From positions 186,001 to 250,000 of the forward strand of contig LSRY02000062.1 in NCBI GenBank assembly GCA_001643675.2: a stretch of 64,000 nt of DNA. The letters run 5' to 3'. Under the pieces are notes generated by a model. That model ran no database searches. It was given only the letters and a program-made list of their open reading frames with translations, and was not told where the DNA came from. Each line of letters opens with the position of its first letter. Positions within the stretch are counted from its first letter, which is position 1. The position numbers and the translations under genes are program-made. Source of the DNA: Monocercomonoides exilis PA203. Taxonomy: Eukaryota > Protista > Preaxostyla. Shown in pieces: positions 13,282 through 25,154 of this stretch.

Positions 13282-13578
13282 CGATGAATTTATTTGGTTG
13301 AAAATACGGACTTTCAAGCTTTTAATGCACAAAACATATTAAAATTGTTAAACATGTAACATTATTAAACTTTATCAGATTTCAAAATAAATTGATTTTT
13401 CATATCCATAAACAAACTTCATTGATATGATAACAAAATGTTTTGTGACCTTAAATGCATTTCAAAAAATGATCCCAATATTTCAGTTTTTTTATCAAAA
13501 AAATGATAAAAAAATATTTATAAACATATTAATGAACAAGCTTCAAGTTACATAAATTTCCCCAATTTATCTATATTT

Positions 13579-13831
13579 GGGTGATTATTTTTGAAATCAT
13601 ATTTTTTCGGACAATAATTTCCGTTCAAAAAAATATCTTGAATATCAATGAATAAAAATTGAAAAGTGAAAAGGCTTATTGAATTCATTTTTATCTTTGC
13701 ATCTGTATAAGTATTTGTTTTTCAAAACAAAAATCAAACTTTTTTTTGCATCATTATTTTCCTTTAAAAAACAAACAATCTTTGAAAAATAAACACCCCG
13801 AAAAAAGATATGATTTCAAAAATTATCACCC
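13579..13831. mobile_element. MITE-like element (253 bp) with imperfect ~32-bp TIRs and GGG...CCC ends
   Basis: 13579-13610 GGGTGATTATTTTTGAAATCATATTTTTTCGG pairs with 13798-13831 CCGAAAAAAGATATGATTTCAAAAATTATCACCC (one mismatch, one 2-bp indel). Non-coding. Confidence 0.65.
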
Positions 13832-14914
13832 TTTTTTTTTCCTGTTTTTTGAGAAATAGTTTTTTCTCATGAACTCATGTGAAAATTTATTAATAAAGCA
13901 ATTTGTACGTATTTTGTCCGTCTCACATGAATAAAAGGCATATTGGTCCTTTAAGGGTACCTAAAAAATTGAAAATTAACTTTATGAAAAGGCCAAAAGT
14001 TTTCAAGTGAACTTTCGTAAACACTCTTTGGTGTTAATTATATATTTTATTTATCATAAAACTTTTTTAAGAGTTCTCTTTCTCAAAAACAGCTGTCCCC
14101 TAATAAATTTTTAGAATCAGTTTTTTGAAAAATTAATTAATTGTCAATAAAAAGACATTTTTAGGTAATATAATTAGTTTAAAGTGCTATTTGTGAATGT
14201 CAGGACTGATAATAACTCAATTTAAGTATTTTTGTGAAGTTTGAAAAAAGTATCGAAAAACAAAAGAATTGAATAAAAATCCATTCAATCATTTTTAGTT
14301 TTGATCAATAGGTTATTATTTACAAAAATAATTCACAATATCTTGACGTTTCATTTTCTTTTAGCTATTTATTCATGGAATTTACGAAAAAAATTGGGAA
14401 CCACAAAAGAAACATCTTGCAGAATCAAATTCATATAAAACTAATTAAAAACGTTTTAATAATAATTGAACTTGATGAATTATACCAATTTTTCAATAAC
14501 AAAAAGCTACTAAACAAAACATGAATTTTAAATATTTTTTGAAATTTTCAATGTCTTTATTAATTTTCGACTTTGAACTGAACATTTTCTTTTTTGTGCA
14601 TAAGTTTTTATAATTAAATTATTTTTTTGAAGTTAAAAGGAATCATCAACTTTATTTTTCTAAATACCAAAAATCATTTTTCAAAACAGATTTTATATTT
14701 CATCTTTTCATAATAATTAAAAAAAATTTTTTTTCACAATGACGATTGGAAAATAGCATTTGTTTTTATAGCTTTCACATTATTTTTATTAACAGCGAAA
14801 ATATAAAAACCGAAATAAGAAATTGTTTTTTAAAAATATTATGGGTATGTTTTTCAGAAAAAAAGAAAAAATTAACAAACATTAATTTATTTCGATCGCT
14901 TCAAATTAAAATAG

Positions 14915-17900
14915 ATGTCACTATCATGGGTATGTGCTTTTGAATGAAATTCATTCATTTTGGTATATATATTATAATTATTATTTTTTTAGTTGCCGAA
15001 AGAAATTTGCAGGTTGGATGATATTTCAAAAGAAGAATTGTATCCATATTGGGAATATCTTCAAACGATGCATAAAATTGTTTCAGAAGGTTCTATCTTT
15101 TTTTGTTATCTTGGTAACTATTGTAATGAATTTTGATTGAAAACTTCGTTTTGAAATATTCAGATCCGTTATGGCGGCTTCCAGATCTTTTAAACAGCTC
15201 ATTTATTCGATTTCTTGTTGATTCAACGTTTTCACGAGAGAACAAAGAACTTTCGGTAATTTTTCCAACTTTTTTCCTTTTACTTTTTTATGAATTTATT
15301 TATTTCAAGAATGCATCAATTAAAATTTTAGTAGACCTTATTCGACTCTTTTGTCCAAACTCATTGCCTCTTAAGCAAAAAGCAGTTGCATTTGTTTTCA
15401 ATGCTCTTGTTGATGTTTGTTTTATTTTATTTAATTATTCATGAAATGATAGTCCTTTTTACATTTTTATGGTATTAACTGCAGTTTGACAGTCCCATAT
15501 GTGCAATTGAGGGAATACGTGGGATTGGGTATGATAATTTTGCACTAGAAATAAGATTAAGACTTGCAAACTTCATAATTCATTTAGAGTATTAATAGAA
15601 TCAATCCCAAGATTTATTCCAGGAGTGATTCAAATTGGGTTTTTCGAAAGACTTGCAAGACGCATAGAGAAAGAGATGAAGCGGACGCATTATTTTGAAG
15701 AAGAAATAAGGTTGCAGCAAAGAAGGAGGGGAAGATCTCCACCTCCGGATCAAAGCTCATTTTCCTCACGTTCATTCAAATGCTCTTCAAAATCTCGCTC
15801 TCCACCTCCAAAAATATCTCTGATTGCATCTGCAACATCACCGCATGCATCTCTTCTTACGTCTCCTCCGGTTTCTCCGTCTGCCTCTGCCTCAGCGTCT
15901 GTTATGGTTTCATCAGGAAATCCACAAGAAAAGTCTTCAAAACAACAGAAAGCACAAAAAGTGGATTCTTCGAGCATCACCCAGAAAAAGCCAGAGGAAA
16001 CTGGACAGAAAGGGAAAAGTCAAGAGAACACCTCAAATGCAGTCAAAGACGAAAAGAAGGAGCATTCTGTCTCGCCTCCATCAGCACAGCAAAAACAAAA
16101 GCAAAACAAAGAGAATGGTAAAGGCAAAGGAAAAGATGACAAAACATCAAAATCTCAATCACCTCCGCCTGTTGCATCGAACAAAAGAGGAGTCAGCTTG
16201 TCTCCCCCGCCTTCTGCAAAGACATCTTCTTCTTCTTCTTCAGCCAAAAGAACAGCATCTAAATCACCTCCTCCGAAATGTGCTGGTTCTGCTTCTGCTT
16301 CTGCCTCTGCCTCAGTCTCATCTGCCTCATCTTTAAACAATGAAAAAGATTTACAAAAGACTTCATCACAAAATTCAAGTAAGCAAAAAACTGAATCAAA
16401 AGCATTTTCTTTATTTGAATCCTCATCGTCATCTTCTTCTTTTTCTGCGAGTGACAAGAAAATTGAAAGACAAAAGAGAAATGAAGAAGAAGAAGACGAC
16501 GATTATAATGAAGAAGAAGAAGATAAAGATGAAGACAACGAAGAAGAAGAAGAAGAGGAGGAGAAGGAAGAAGAAGAAGAAGAAAGCGATGTTATGGATG
16601 ATAATGACTTTTATGAAGATAATTCACAGATAGCAAAAGCGATACTAGCTGATAAGTTTGAGTTTAATGACCCAGTCACATTGAAAAGGAAAAGGAAAAG
16701 GAAAAGGAGAAACAAGGAAAAGATAGACAACAATCATGATGGCTCAAAGAAAAAGATAGAAGCCTTTATACAAGACACAATGAAAGAAGAAGAAGAAAAG
16801 GAAAAAGAATGGAAAAAGAACTATGCTCAGTTTTATTTGTTTTGCGAGGCTTGTTTGAATACAATTGAAAGATTTCTCCCTGAAGACGAAGTTGGATTGG
16901 ATGAAGGAGACGAAAAGAATGAAAAACAAACGAAAGAAAGTGAAGCAAAAGAAGAAACCAAGTTAAAGGAAGAAGAGGCAAAAGAGAAAAAGGGTCAAAC
17001 AGTCGAAACTTTGAATGATCAGACAGAAAAAAAATATAAAGATAAAGATAAAGAAAGAGAATTGAAAGAAAAATTAGAAAAAGAAAAAGAAATTTTCAAC
17101 GAAAAACAAAAATATAAGAAAGAAATAGATGTCAATGTGTTTAAATGTCTGCAGGCATTTTTAGGATTTGCTTTGACAATGAAAAATGAAGAGATAAGAA
17201 GAAAAGCACAAAAGATAATAGATTGGATTGCTGTTTGTAGTCAGAATAATGAAATGGATAAAAAAGCAGGCAAAGAAAATAAAACAAAAGAAAAAGAAGA
17301 AGAAGTTAAAAAGTCTTTGCCAAAATCGTTGAAAGAAAGTTGGTCACTTTCAGAAGAAGTGACAAATGCTGTTTTATTGTTGAGGCTTGCCTTATCTTCA
17401 TTTTTATTATCTTTCTATTTTTTTCTTCTCTTTGTTGAAAATTTAAAATTCTATTCATTTTGTATTTATTCTTCTTTCAACTTTCTTTGATATTCAGTGA
17501 TCCACAAACAGCGCAGTCAGGTCTGAATCTTCTTCTGTGGCTGTTCCGCCACGCACGCAGCATGTATGCCCACCAGGCCATCTGCTCTTTTCTCTTCCAT
17601 TCGCCTTTTCTCTCCATCATTTTCCGCATCATCAAGCAGCGTTTGTCTAAGCCATCTAAAGCATTGCTGCCCAGCAGCTGCTTCTTGAATGATCTGCTGA
17701 GAGTGCTCTGGTGGTTTGCAAGAGTGCGAAAGGAGGCAGCGCTGAAAGTGGCGCGGATGGGGATTACATCTGAGCTGGTGCTTGCTATTCCACAAGTCGC
17801 AGAGGAGTTGATTATGCCTTGCTTGGCTGTAGTTGCTGAGTGTGTGTGTTGGAGGGAAGCATTCTGGATTGTGCAGCTGACATCTCCGCTAATCGGGACG

Positions 17901-19754
17901 CTGATAAATCTTTGTACTTTGCATTCTTACTCGTTGTCTTCGTCGTCGCCCGTAACAACCAAAGAAATTACAAAGACAGAGCCATATCTTATTCCTTCCA
18001 TTTATCTCCTGATGCATTATGCTTCTGAGCCAATTATGTTTTGGAACATGTTTAACGATATTTATGTCAGAGCATTTGAAGATAAAAATAATTATCGAGT
18101 TCTGCAGAAATTCGACAACCATCCAAAATACTTTGGCTCATTTTTGCGCAAGTTTGCAGCTTCTGCTGTGGATGATAGTGTTGCTGATGCGGCTGGGGTG
18201 CTGTCTTTGCTTTTGTACAGAAGACACCCGTTTGAATGGACAGAGCAGGAGATGCAAGAGAGAAGAAAAGCCGAAATGAAGGAGAGAAAAATGAAAGACT
18301 GTGATCATTATTGCAAATCTTATCATTTCTCAAATTGGGGTCATTTCATCAGTTCAGCTCCAAAAGGCACTGAACCACCTGTGTTGATCTATCCCTCTGA
18401 AACGCATCCAATTGTTCAGTCATGCATTTCAATGCTGTTTGATGACGATGCAGATGTGTGGAAGATTGCATTCAAGCAGAAGCTGGAAGAGCTGAAGGAA
18501 AAAGACACAGAAAGCAATGAAGAGGTATCATCATCATCATCTGCATCAGCCATTGACTCAGAAGAAGACTGGAGCGAATACGACGTGAAAGAAAATAACA
18601 GTGTTATTTTTGAAGATCTTAAGAATGAAATGAGACGTATTGAAGGCCTTAAAAGAGAAGCTGACATCAGCATTCCACAAACGTCTGCTAATCAAAGTTA
18701 TCTGCGAAGAGATCAATTCTCAAGTGTACAGGCAGGCAGCAGTTCAAATGGGGATCAGAAGATTAAACAAGGAAGTGCTTTGTTCAAAGAAGTCGGAGCT
18801 TCTTCTGAATGTGGAGAAGAAGACGAAGAGAAAGCTTATATGGAAAATATAATAAACTCAGTTGAGCTGTCAATTCCTGTTGATCCTTTAGTCAAAGTTG
18901 AAAGTGGATTAACTGCCATGTCAATTTTTGCAGGACAAAGTGGAATTGATTTCAGAATGCGTCCGCTTTATTCGCGTGCTACATTTATAAGAGCACTTGA
19001 GCTTTCTTCGTTCCCACACCCACGAATCATCCTGTCTGCGCTGTATGCAATGGACAGCTTTACGTTTTCGGCTTTTGGCTTTCGGGCAGCTGGAGTGGAT
19101 AATATGCGGTTAGCTGCAAGGCGAGTGGTAGAAATCATCACAGAGATTTTCAATTACCAGCAGAAAATGAAGAAGACATCCACAACTTTCGAAGGAGGTA
19201 CTTATTATTTAAAAGAGGATGATACAATGCCTTCTTCAGTTCCCTCCTGCTCGATTTTCCCTTCCTGCTATGCATTTGCAGGCTGCGAAAACGAGATCCT
19301 TTATGCGGCATTTCGTTTGCTGCTTCACATTCAGAGCACAGAAGCAAGAGACGAATCCTTTATACCAGATAAGACAATCTTCCAAACATGTATCGAACTT
19401 CTCTTCGGACAATCTGATGTTGCAGGATGTTTTATTTCAAACGAGGTTCACTCTCCTCTCCTCTATGTTCCATTGACGTCCTTCGATTCGCTACCTACTT
19501 ACTCCCTTCCTCAACAGATAAGCGATTGTCTTTGGGTGCATTCAAACATAAACGATCAGCAAATTGATTATCCATACAAATATGAAGACGGGAACAGAGA
19601 TCAAATAATGCTTTCACAATTTTTGATACTTTTCCTTGAAGATGCTACACGCTCGCCTCAACTATCCAAAGTTCTTTATTCGATTGGATTTGACAAGAAA
19701 GCTTTACAAGGTCTCAAAAATCGATGGTATTCAAAAAAGTTCTATCATCACTAA
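14915..19754 (+). CDS. Large hypothetical protein, helical/ARM-like repeats interrupted by Ser- and Glu/Lys-rich tracts; about 7 exons
   Basis: Short 5' exons (MSLSW|LPKEICRLDD...) separated by GT-AG introns lead into the long ORFs 15625-17490 and 17460-19754. Amphipathic helices such as LLRVLWWFARVRKEAALKVARMGITSELV. Confidence 0.6.
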
Positions 19755-21243
19755 GTCAATTTGTTGATATATGAGGCAAGAAATCTGCTCTTTTCTCACA
19801 ACAAGGGAAACCTTCAACTGCACAAGAAATGATTGAGAGCGGATTGGAGAATATTGAAAGCAATTTTGAATGCCTGAGATATTTGAATAATTGTTCTCCC
19901 CTGAACGAATATATGGACACTGATTAGAATGATTTGTTGACTTGCTTAGCACTGTAATGATTGAATATAAATTTGCTTTGCATTTTACAAAGAGTTATCT
20001 ATTCACTTTGTGATTATTTTATGCTTTGATTTTTCAAATGAGTTTTTACAGAATTTTTTTTTCTTTTTTTCTTTTTTGTGGAGGAGGAAATGCATTAGAA
20101 TTTCCAAGTTGTTGAATATGTGAAATGTCTGTGAAGATGATTTGACTCTGTTATGTATTTATTTTTGGTTTTTGTGATATATTTTTTAACATACATTTTT
20201 TATAAAAATTTCTTTTTTATTTTTTGTTGTGGGTATTTCACTCTCTCTTTTAAATTATTTTTTAGATTTTTCGTTGCCTTTTCTTTTGAAAACTTTTCAA
20301 TATTGAAGGAAAAAATTCCGAAAAGGTTTCTTTATAAAGTGCTGTAACTTTAAGTCATGCAATTATTCAAGTTTTGTTTGTACTATTATTTTTTAGAAAA
20401 TTGTTTTGAGAACAGAATATTTTGATGTTTATGCAAAATACTTTGAAAAATCAAACAAAGATGAGTTATTTTCCAAGTATTATTTTTCATTCTGGTTTAA
20501 TTTTGGTAAATGTGTACTTTACCCGGAACATCAGAATTTGCTTTATTTTATTATTGAAGTAATTAACTATGTAAAAAATATATTTGTGCAAAATATCAAA
20601 CTGCGAACATCACTCATAGTTGAAATAAAAACTTTTCTAAAAATTAGAAATTTTATTGAAGGTTCAATAAATTTAAATGAACCAAAAAAATTAAGGAGCA
20701 CACAAATTATCTGAATTCAACAGTTCTTTGTAAGTGAAAAATAATGGGAAACCCTCAATATATTAAGGAATGCTATTTCCGAGAATAATTTTTGATTTTG
20801 TGTTTTTTTGTGAATTGATATTGAATTTATTTCATTTTATTTTATTTATTTTTTTTTTTTGGATCAAAAACTTGCTCATGTGGGACAAATTTTTTTTCTG
20901 TATGAATTTTATTCCACACAACATTACCAAATAGTTTTCTCTTTTTTTAGATTTTTTGAATTTATTTGCATTGTTGTGGTTGAATTCTTGTGATATAATA
21001 GTGGAAAAAGTTTGGAACATATCTCAGTTTTTTTCGCAACTGTGAAAATTCTGCACCATATTTCAACGAGCTTTTTGTAAAAAGTGTTCCGAGAGTTGTT
21101 GTTGTTAATGAACTTAAGTTTTTCATGTTTTTAATTCCTTTTTGTATATTTTCCATTTCTTTTTTAAATAAATTTTTTCAAATAAATATCAAAAGATCTA
21201 TACCTCTTTAACCTGACGAATCACATGAATCCTCATCTGTCAC

Positions 21244-21245
<2 letters not shown>

Positions 21246-21282
<37 letters not shown>
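21246..21282 (+). repeat. Poly(A) tract; further poly(T) tracts at ~21688-21711 and ~23300-23357
   Basis: Homopolymer runs are directly visible around the decayed pogo element. Confidence 0.9.
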
Positions 21283-21288
<6 letters not shown>

Positions 21289-21749
21289 GAATACAAAATA
21301 ATACGTATTATAGAGAAATTTTTAATAATTATGTAAAGCACTTTAAATACAATTTATTGATAGCATCTGAAATATCAGTTAATTCCCATTTTGTCAGTGA
21401 CCGTCAGTGACTGTCAATGACAAATTGTGACAAATATATTCCTCAACTGACATTTCGTGTCAAAAAAAATAAATATTGGGAACTTGATCACATAATTAAA
21501 AAATTTGATTTTTTCAAAATAATAAGAATTGTTATATATCGATTTTCGAATTATTATTACAGTAATTGAGAATTATGAAATCGTTATAAATAACCCTTTT
21601 TAACAAATCATAAATATCTTGTCAGTCATTTTGTCATTTTTTCAATTTTCTCTTGTCATGTCACAGAGGTATAATAAGATCTATTCCTTTTTTTTTTTTT
21701 TTTTTTTTTTTGCATGAGCACCGTTCTACAAAGTTAAGTTATTTGATAA

Positions 21750-23280
21750 ACTAAATTGAGAGATTTGATGAAATCTCTCCAGTGTCGTCGAATAAAAAAA
21801 ATCGCTTTGAACGTATTGCTGCAATAATTGCTGATGGAAAATGCCGTGTTACCGACGCTGCTAATCTAAATGAATTCTCTCGTTCATCGATATATCGAGT
21901 TGTTTCTGCTATTGAAAAGGGAAGAACCGTGGGAAAAGTTGGTCGTTCAGAGCAATTTACAAAAGAAGATAATGAAGAAATAACCAAAGTTATAAGAATA
22001 GAAACCATGACAGGAGTGAGTTATTCTATTGCTCGAACAAAACAACTGGTTTGTATTTTTTATTTCATTTAAATTTATATTTGTTGCTAATAATAATAAA
22101 AGATGCAATCAGTGCAAACAAATAGAATAATTCGAAGAGGAGAAGAAGATCAGAAAGTCAAATTTTCAAAATTAGCTCCATATTCATTTGTCAAATGAAA
22201 TACAGATCTTAAAACATCCTTACCTCATCACGTTGATATTCAACGTTAATCTGTGTCTAACAAGCAGTCCCTTCAAAGTTTCTTCTCTCTTCTGCAATCG
22301 CTTCATAACTCTCAAAAATACTCTCCTTCACTCATTTTCAACACCTGTGAATCATCTTTACGTCTCTCCGACTCCACAAAAAATCTTGGTGTGTATCCTT
22401 CAGAAGTTCATGTTTTATTTTCAAAAGCATCAATCAACTTGCAAAACTCCGCACTTGTGGTAGCAGTTGCTGATGATGATTATTCTTTACCGAGTCTTAT
22501 TCTATGGCCGTCGAAGAAATAACCACCAAAAATGAAAGTCTTGCTCGGTCCCCATCTTCACGCCAGGGTCAGACAATGATGCGTGTATGACTGACACATT
22601 ATTTGCTCTTTATGCTGAAGAGATGCTGCTTCCTGGAATTGTCCAAAGAAGAAAATTGCTGGACATGAAAGAAGATAGATTATTGCCACTTTTTGATTCA
22701 CATCCTTCAAGAGCACAGCCAGATTTTTGGTAAATTTTGCAGATGCATCAATTAAGGTGGTTTCGTTTATTCCACGTAGCACTCATCTAAACAACTTGAT
22801 TGCGGAATTTTTGCTGTTTTCAAAAAAGAGTTTTAATACTGATTATGCTGTTCCATCTTATTCATCGATCGCACTTCGACGAAAAGCAGTTGCAAATGCC
22901 TTGACACAGGGTTTGCAAACTGCATTGCTTCCTTCAACAATTCACTCTGCATCTGAAAATAGCGGAGTGTTGTTTGGACAATCCAATTCTGTATTGGTGA
23001 AGTTACCTGACACTCCTTCAGTTCAGCTGATAAAAAATCCCATCGGTTCAATTTTCATGGGAAAAATATTTCTGACCAAGCATTTTTCGATGAATGGAAA
23101 GCTAACAAAAAGATGAAAAGAAAATTGATGATTCTGCTGAAGAAAAAATTGAAAAAGATTTGTCTTCTGAAGAGAAGCCGAAAAAAAGAAAAATATCCAA
23201 ATCCAATAATTTTCAAGATGATGATTTTGAAGTGATTATGAACAAAGATATACCAGAAAAATAACTAAAAGAAAATAATT
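21750..23280 (+). pseudogene. Decayed pogo/DDE_1 transposase (second family) with stops and frameshifts
   Basis: HTH ORF 21782-22048, intron 22049-22102, then ...SPSLIFNTCESSL...SLPSLILWPSKK...FDSHPSR...FIPRSTH. Collinear with the intact transposase at 11101. Catalytic Asp lost and in-frame stops present. Confidence 0.8.
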
Positions 23281-23316
23281 GGATACTATTAACCATTGGT
23301 TTTTTTTTTTTTTTTT

Positions 23317-23358
<42 letters not shown>

Positions 23359-23737
23359 GAAGTGGAAAATTGGTGACGGACGTGACGAATTTTTTTCTTC
23401 ACGTCACCCAGACTTAGTTGATATTTTCACATTACATCCTTTGTCACATAAGCTGTGATAATTATTCAAAGTTGCTTTTTCTAAAAGAATGTGGTTAAAT
23501 CAAATTCAATTTTTATATTTCTTATTGAAATGCATTCAAATTGTTAAATTGTGAATTGAATGATAAATCAGAAAAACGAAGAAATATGAGCTTTATTAAA
23601 AACAATCATTTTTGCAGGGTATTGAAACACAAAAAATTATAATTCCGCTCAAGAAAAATATTCCTTTTAAATATCTTACTATGCGATAAAAGATCAAATA
23701 AAGCTTCAATTAGAATTTGAAATGATTTTTTCCTTTT

Positions 23738-24840
23738 TCAATACAACCACTGTTTGGCTTCAGTAGCACGAGGAGCCTTAATCTTTGCCATATTTTTCCC
23801 CAAGGCATCGTATGTCGAAATGAATACATTTACAGTATTTGGAATAAGTTGAAGAAGGTTATGATACAAATCTACATCTGATGCAACAAATGCTAGACGG
23901 AGATCATCATTGTATGGCGAAGAACAAACTTTCATCAACATTTTTGCTCTTGCAACCCTGTAAGTGCTAACAACTTGCAGCATTCCAGCAACACTTTCAA
24001 TTGCGTATGATACTGCTTCAACATGAGCCTGTACAATGTCACTTCCAAGATTATCACCATCTTTGAAAATAAAAATTAAAGTGAAAAATTTTTTATATTT
24101 ACATCATATTAATCTTGCATACCAAGCAGTGAAGGAATACGAAGTCTAAGCCATATTCGTAAATCAAACAAAATTTGATTCATTTCATCTTTCATTTGCT
24201 TCGAAATCGAGATCATCTTTTCGAGAGTCTGATTTGATTGGACATGTAGAGTTGATTGAACGATAACCGCTGGCGTATGAACATCTTCATCAAATAAGTC
24301 ATCAGTATCACTATCACTATCGCTGTCACTGATTAGATCCTTTGCTCCATCACATTTTTCATCAGTAGAAGTCTCTGATGAATTAGATTCCGCTTTTGAT
24401 TTTTTTATCAGAGCCTTCTGTTCTTTTTTGATTTTTCTCAAAAGTTTTTTCCTATTTTTAATATCAGCCAAAATCACTTCTTTTGAAGGCAAAACAGCTG
24501 ATTTTGCGACCTCTTCAGCAGTGATAGATCTTATCTCTTCAACAAGTTTTTGAAATTCGGTAATTTTCTCTGGAATAACCTTTTGCATAAAATTTTCAAT
24601 TCGTTGGGATATGTCCTCTATGTGAAAATTAAAAAGTTAGCATCACGAAGCAATAAAATTGTGAGAAAAAACACCTTTTATTTGTTTAACGTTATCTGTC
24701 CCAAGATCCTTTGATGAAGCTTTTGTGAAAAAATCAAGTGCAGAATTCTCTGCGTCTAATGTTTCTTCACGAACAGCTATTCTTGGCCTTTTCTTTTCTT
24801 TTCCTGAATTGCTGGAAATTGGAGATGAACTTAAAGACAT
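23738..24840 (-). CDS. Proteasome activator PA28/REG (11S) family subunit; 3 exons (24840-24675, 24617-24123, 24060-23738)
   Basis: LRIWLRLRIPSLL|DGDNLG, YRVARAKMLMKVCSSPYNDDLR and YDALGKNMAKIKAPR...LY align with PA28 WIQLLIPRIEDGNNFG, RAKLVSKIAKYPHVEDYR and DMILKNIEKIKRPR. Introns 24618-24674 and 24061-24122 are GT-AG and keep frame. Confidence 0.85.
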
Positions 24841-25154
24841 TCTATTAATTTATATTAATGGGTATATAAAAATTTCATATAACATAATAAAATTAAAAAT
24901 AACACATTTGTACAATAAATGGTCTAATATACTTCAATATCGATATGTATACCTCTTATAAAGAATGTACTCAAAATTTAAAATATTTCTAAAGTATTAC
25001 ATGTTATAAACCGAACAAATTGCAAATAAAAAAAGATAAAAAACAAAATGAACTTAAAACTTTGCTAAAAAAACTGAAAGTTATAAATGAGTGCATTACG
25101 AAAATATTATTTAATATTTTCTTTACACTTCCAATGCTAAAAATCTTTTTTCCT

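Noticed and set aside
19755-19930. Coding-like tail (QEMIESGLENIESNF...) after the ARM-like gene's stop
   Set aside because: Needs both a frameshift and stop read-through to join. It could be chance or an assembly error.
20153-21156. Short AT-rich ORFs between the ARM-like gene and the decayed pogo
   Set aside because: Composition matches non-coding AT-rich DNA, with no recognisable motif.
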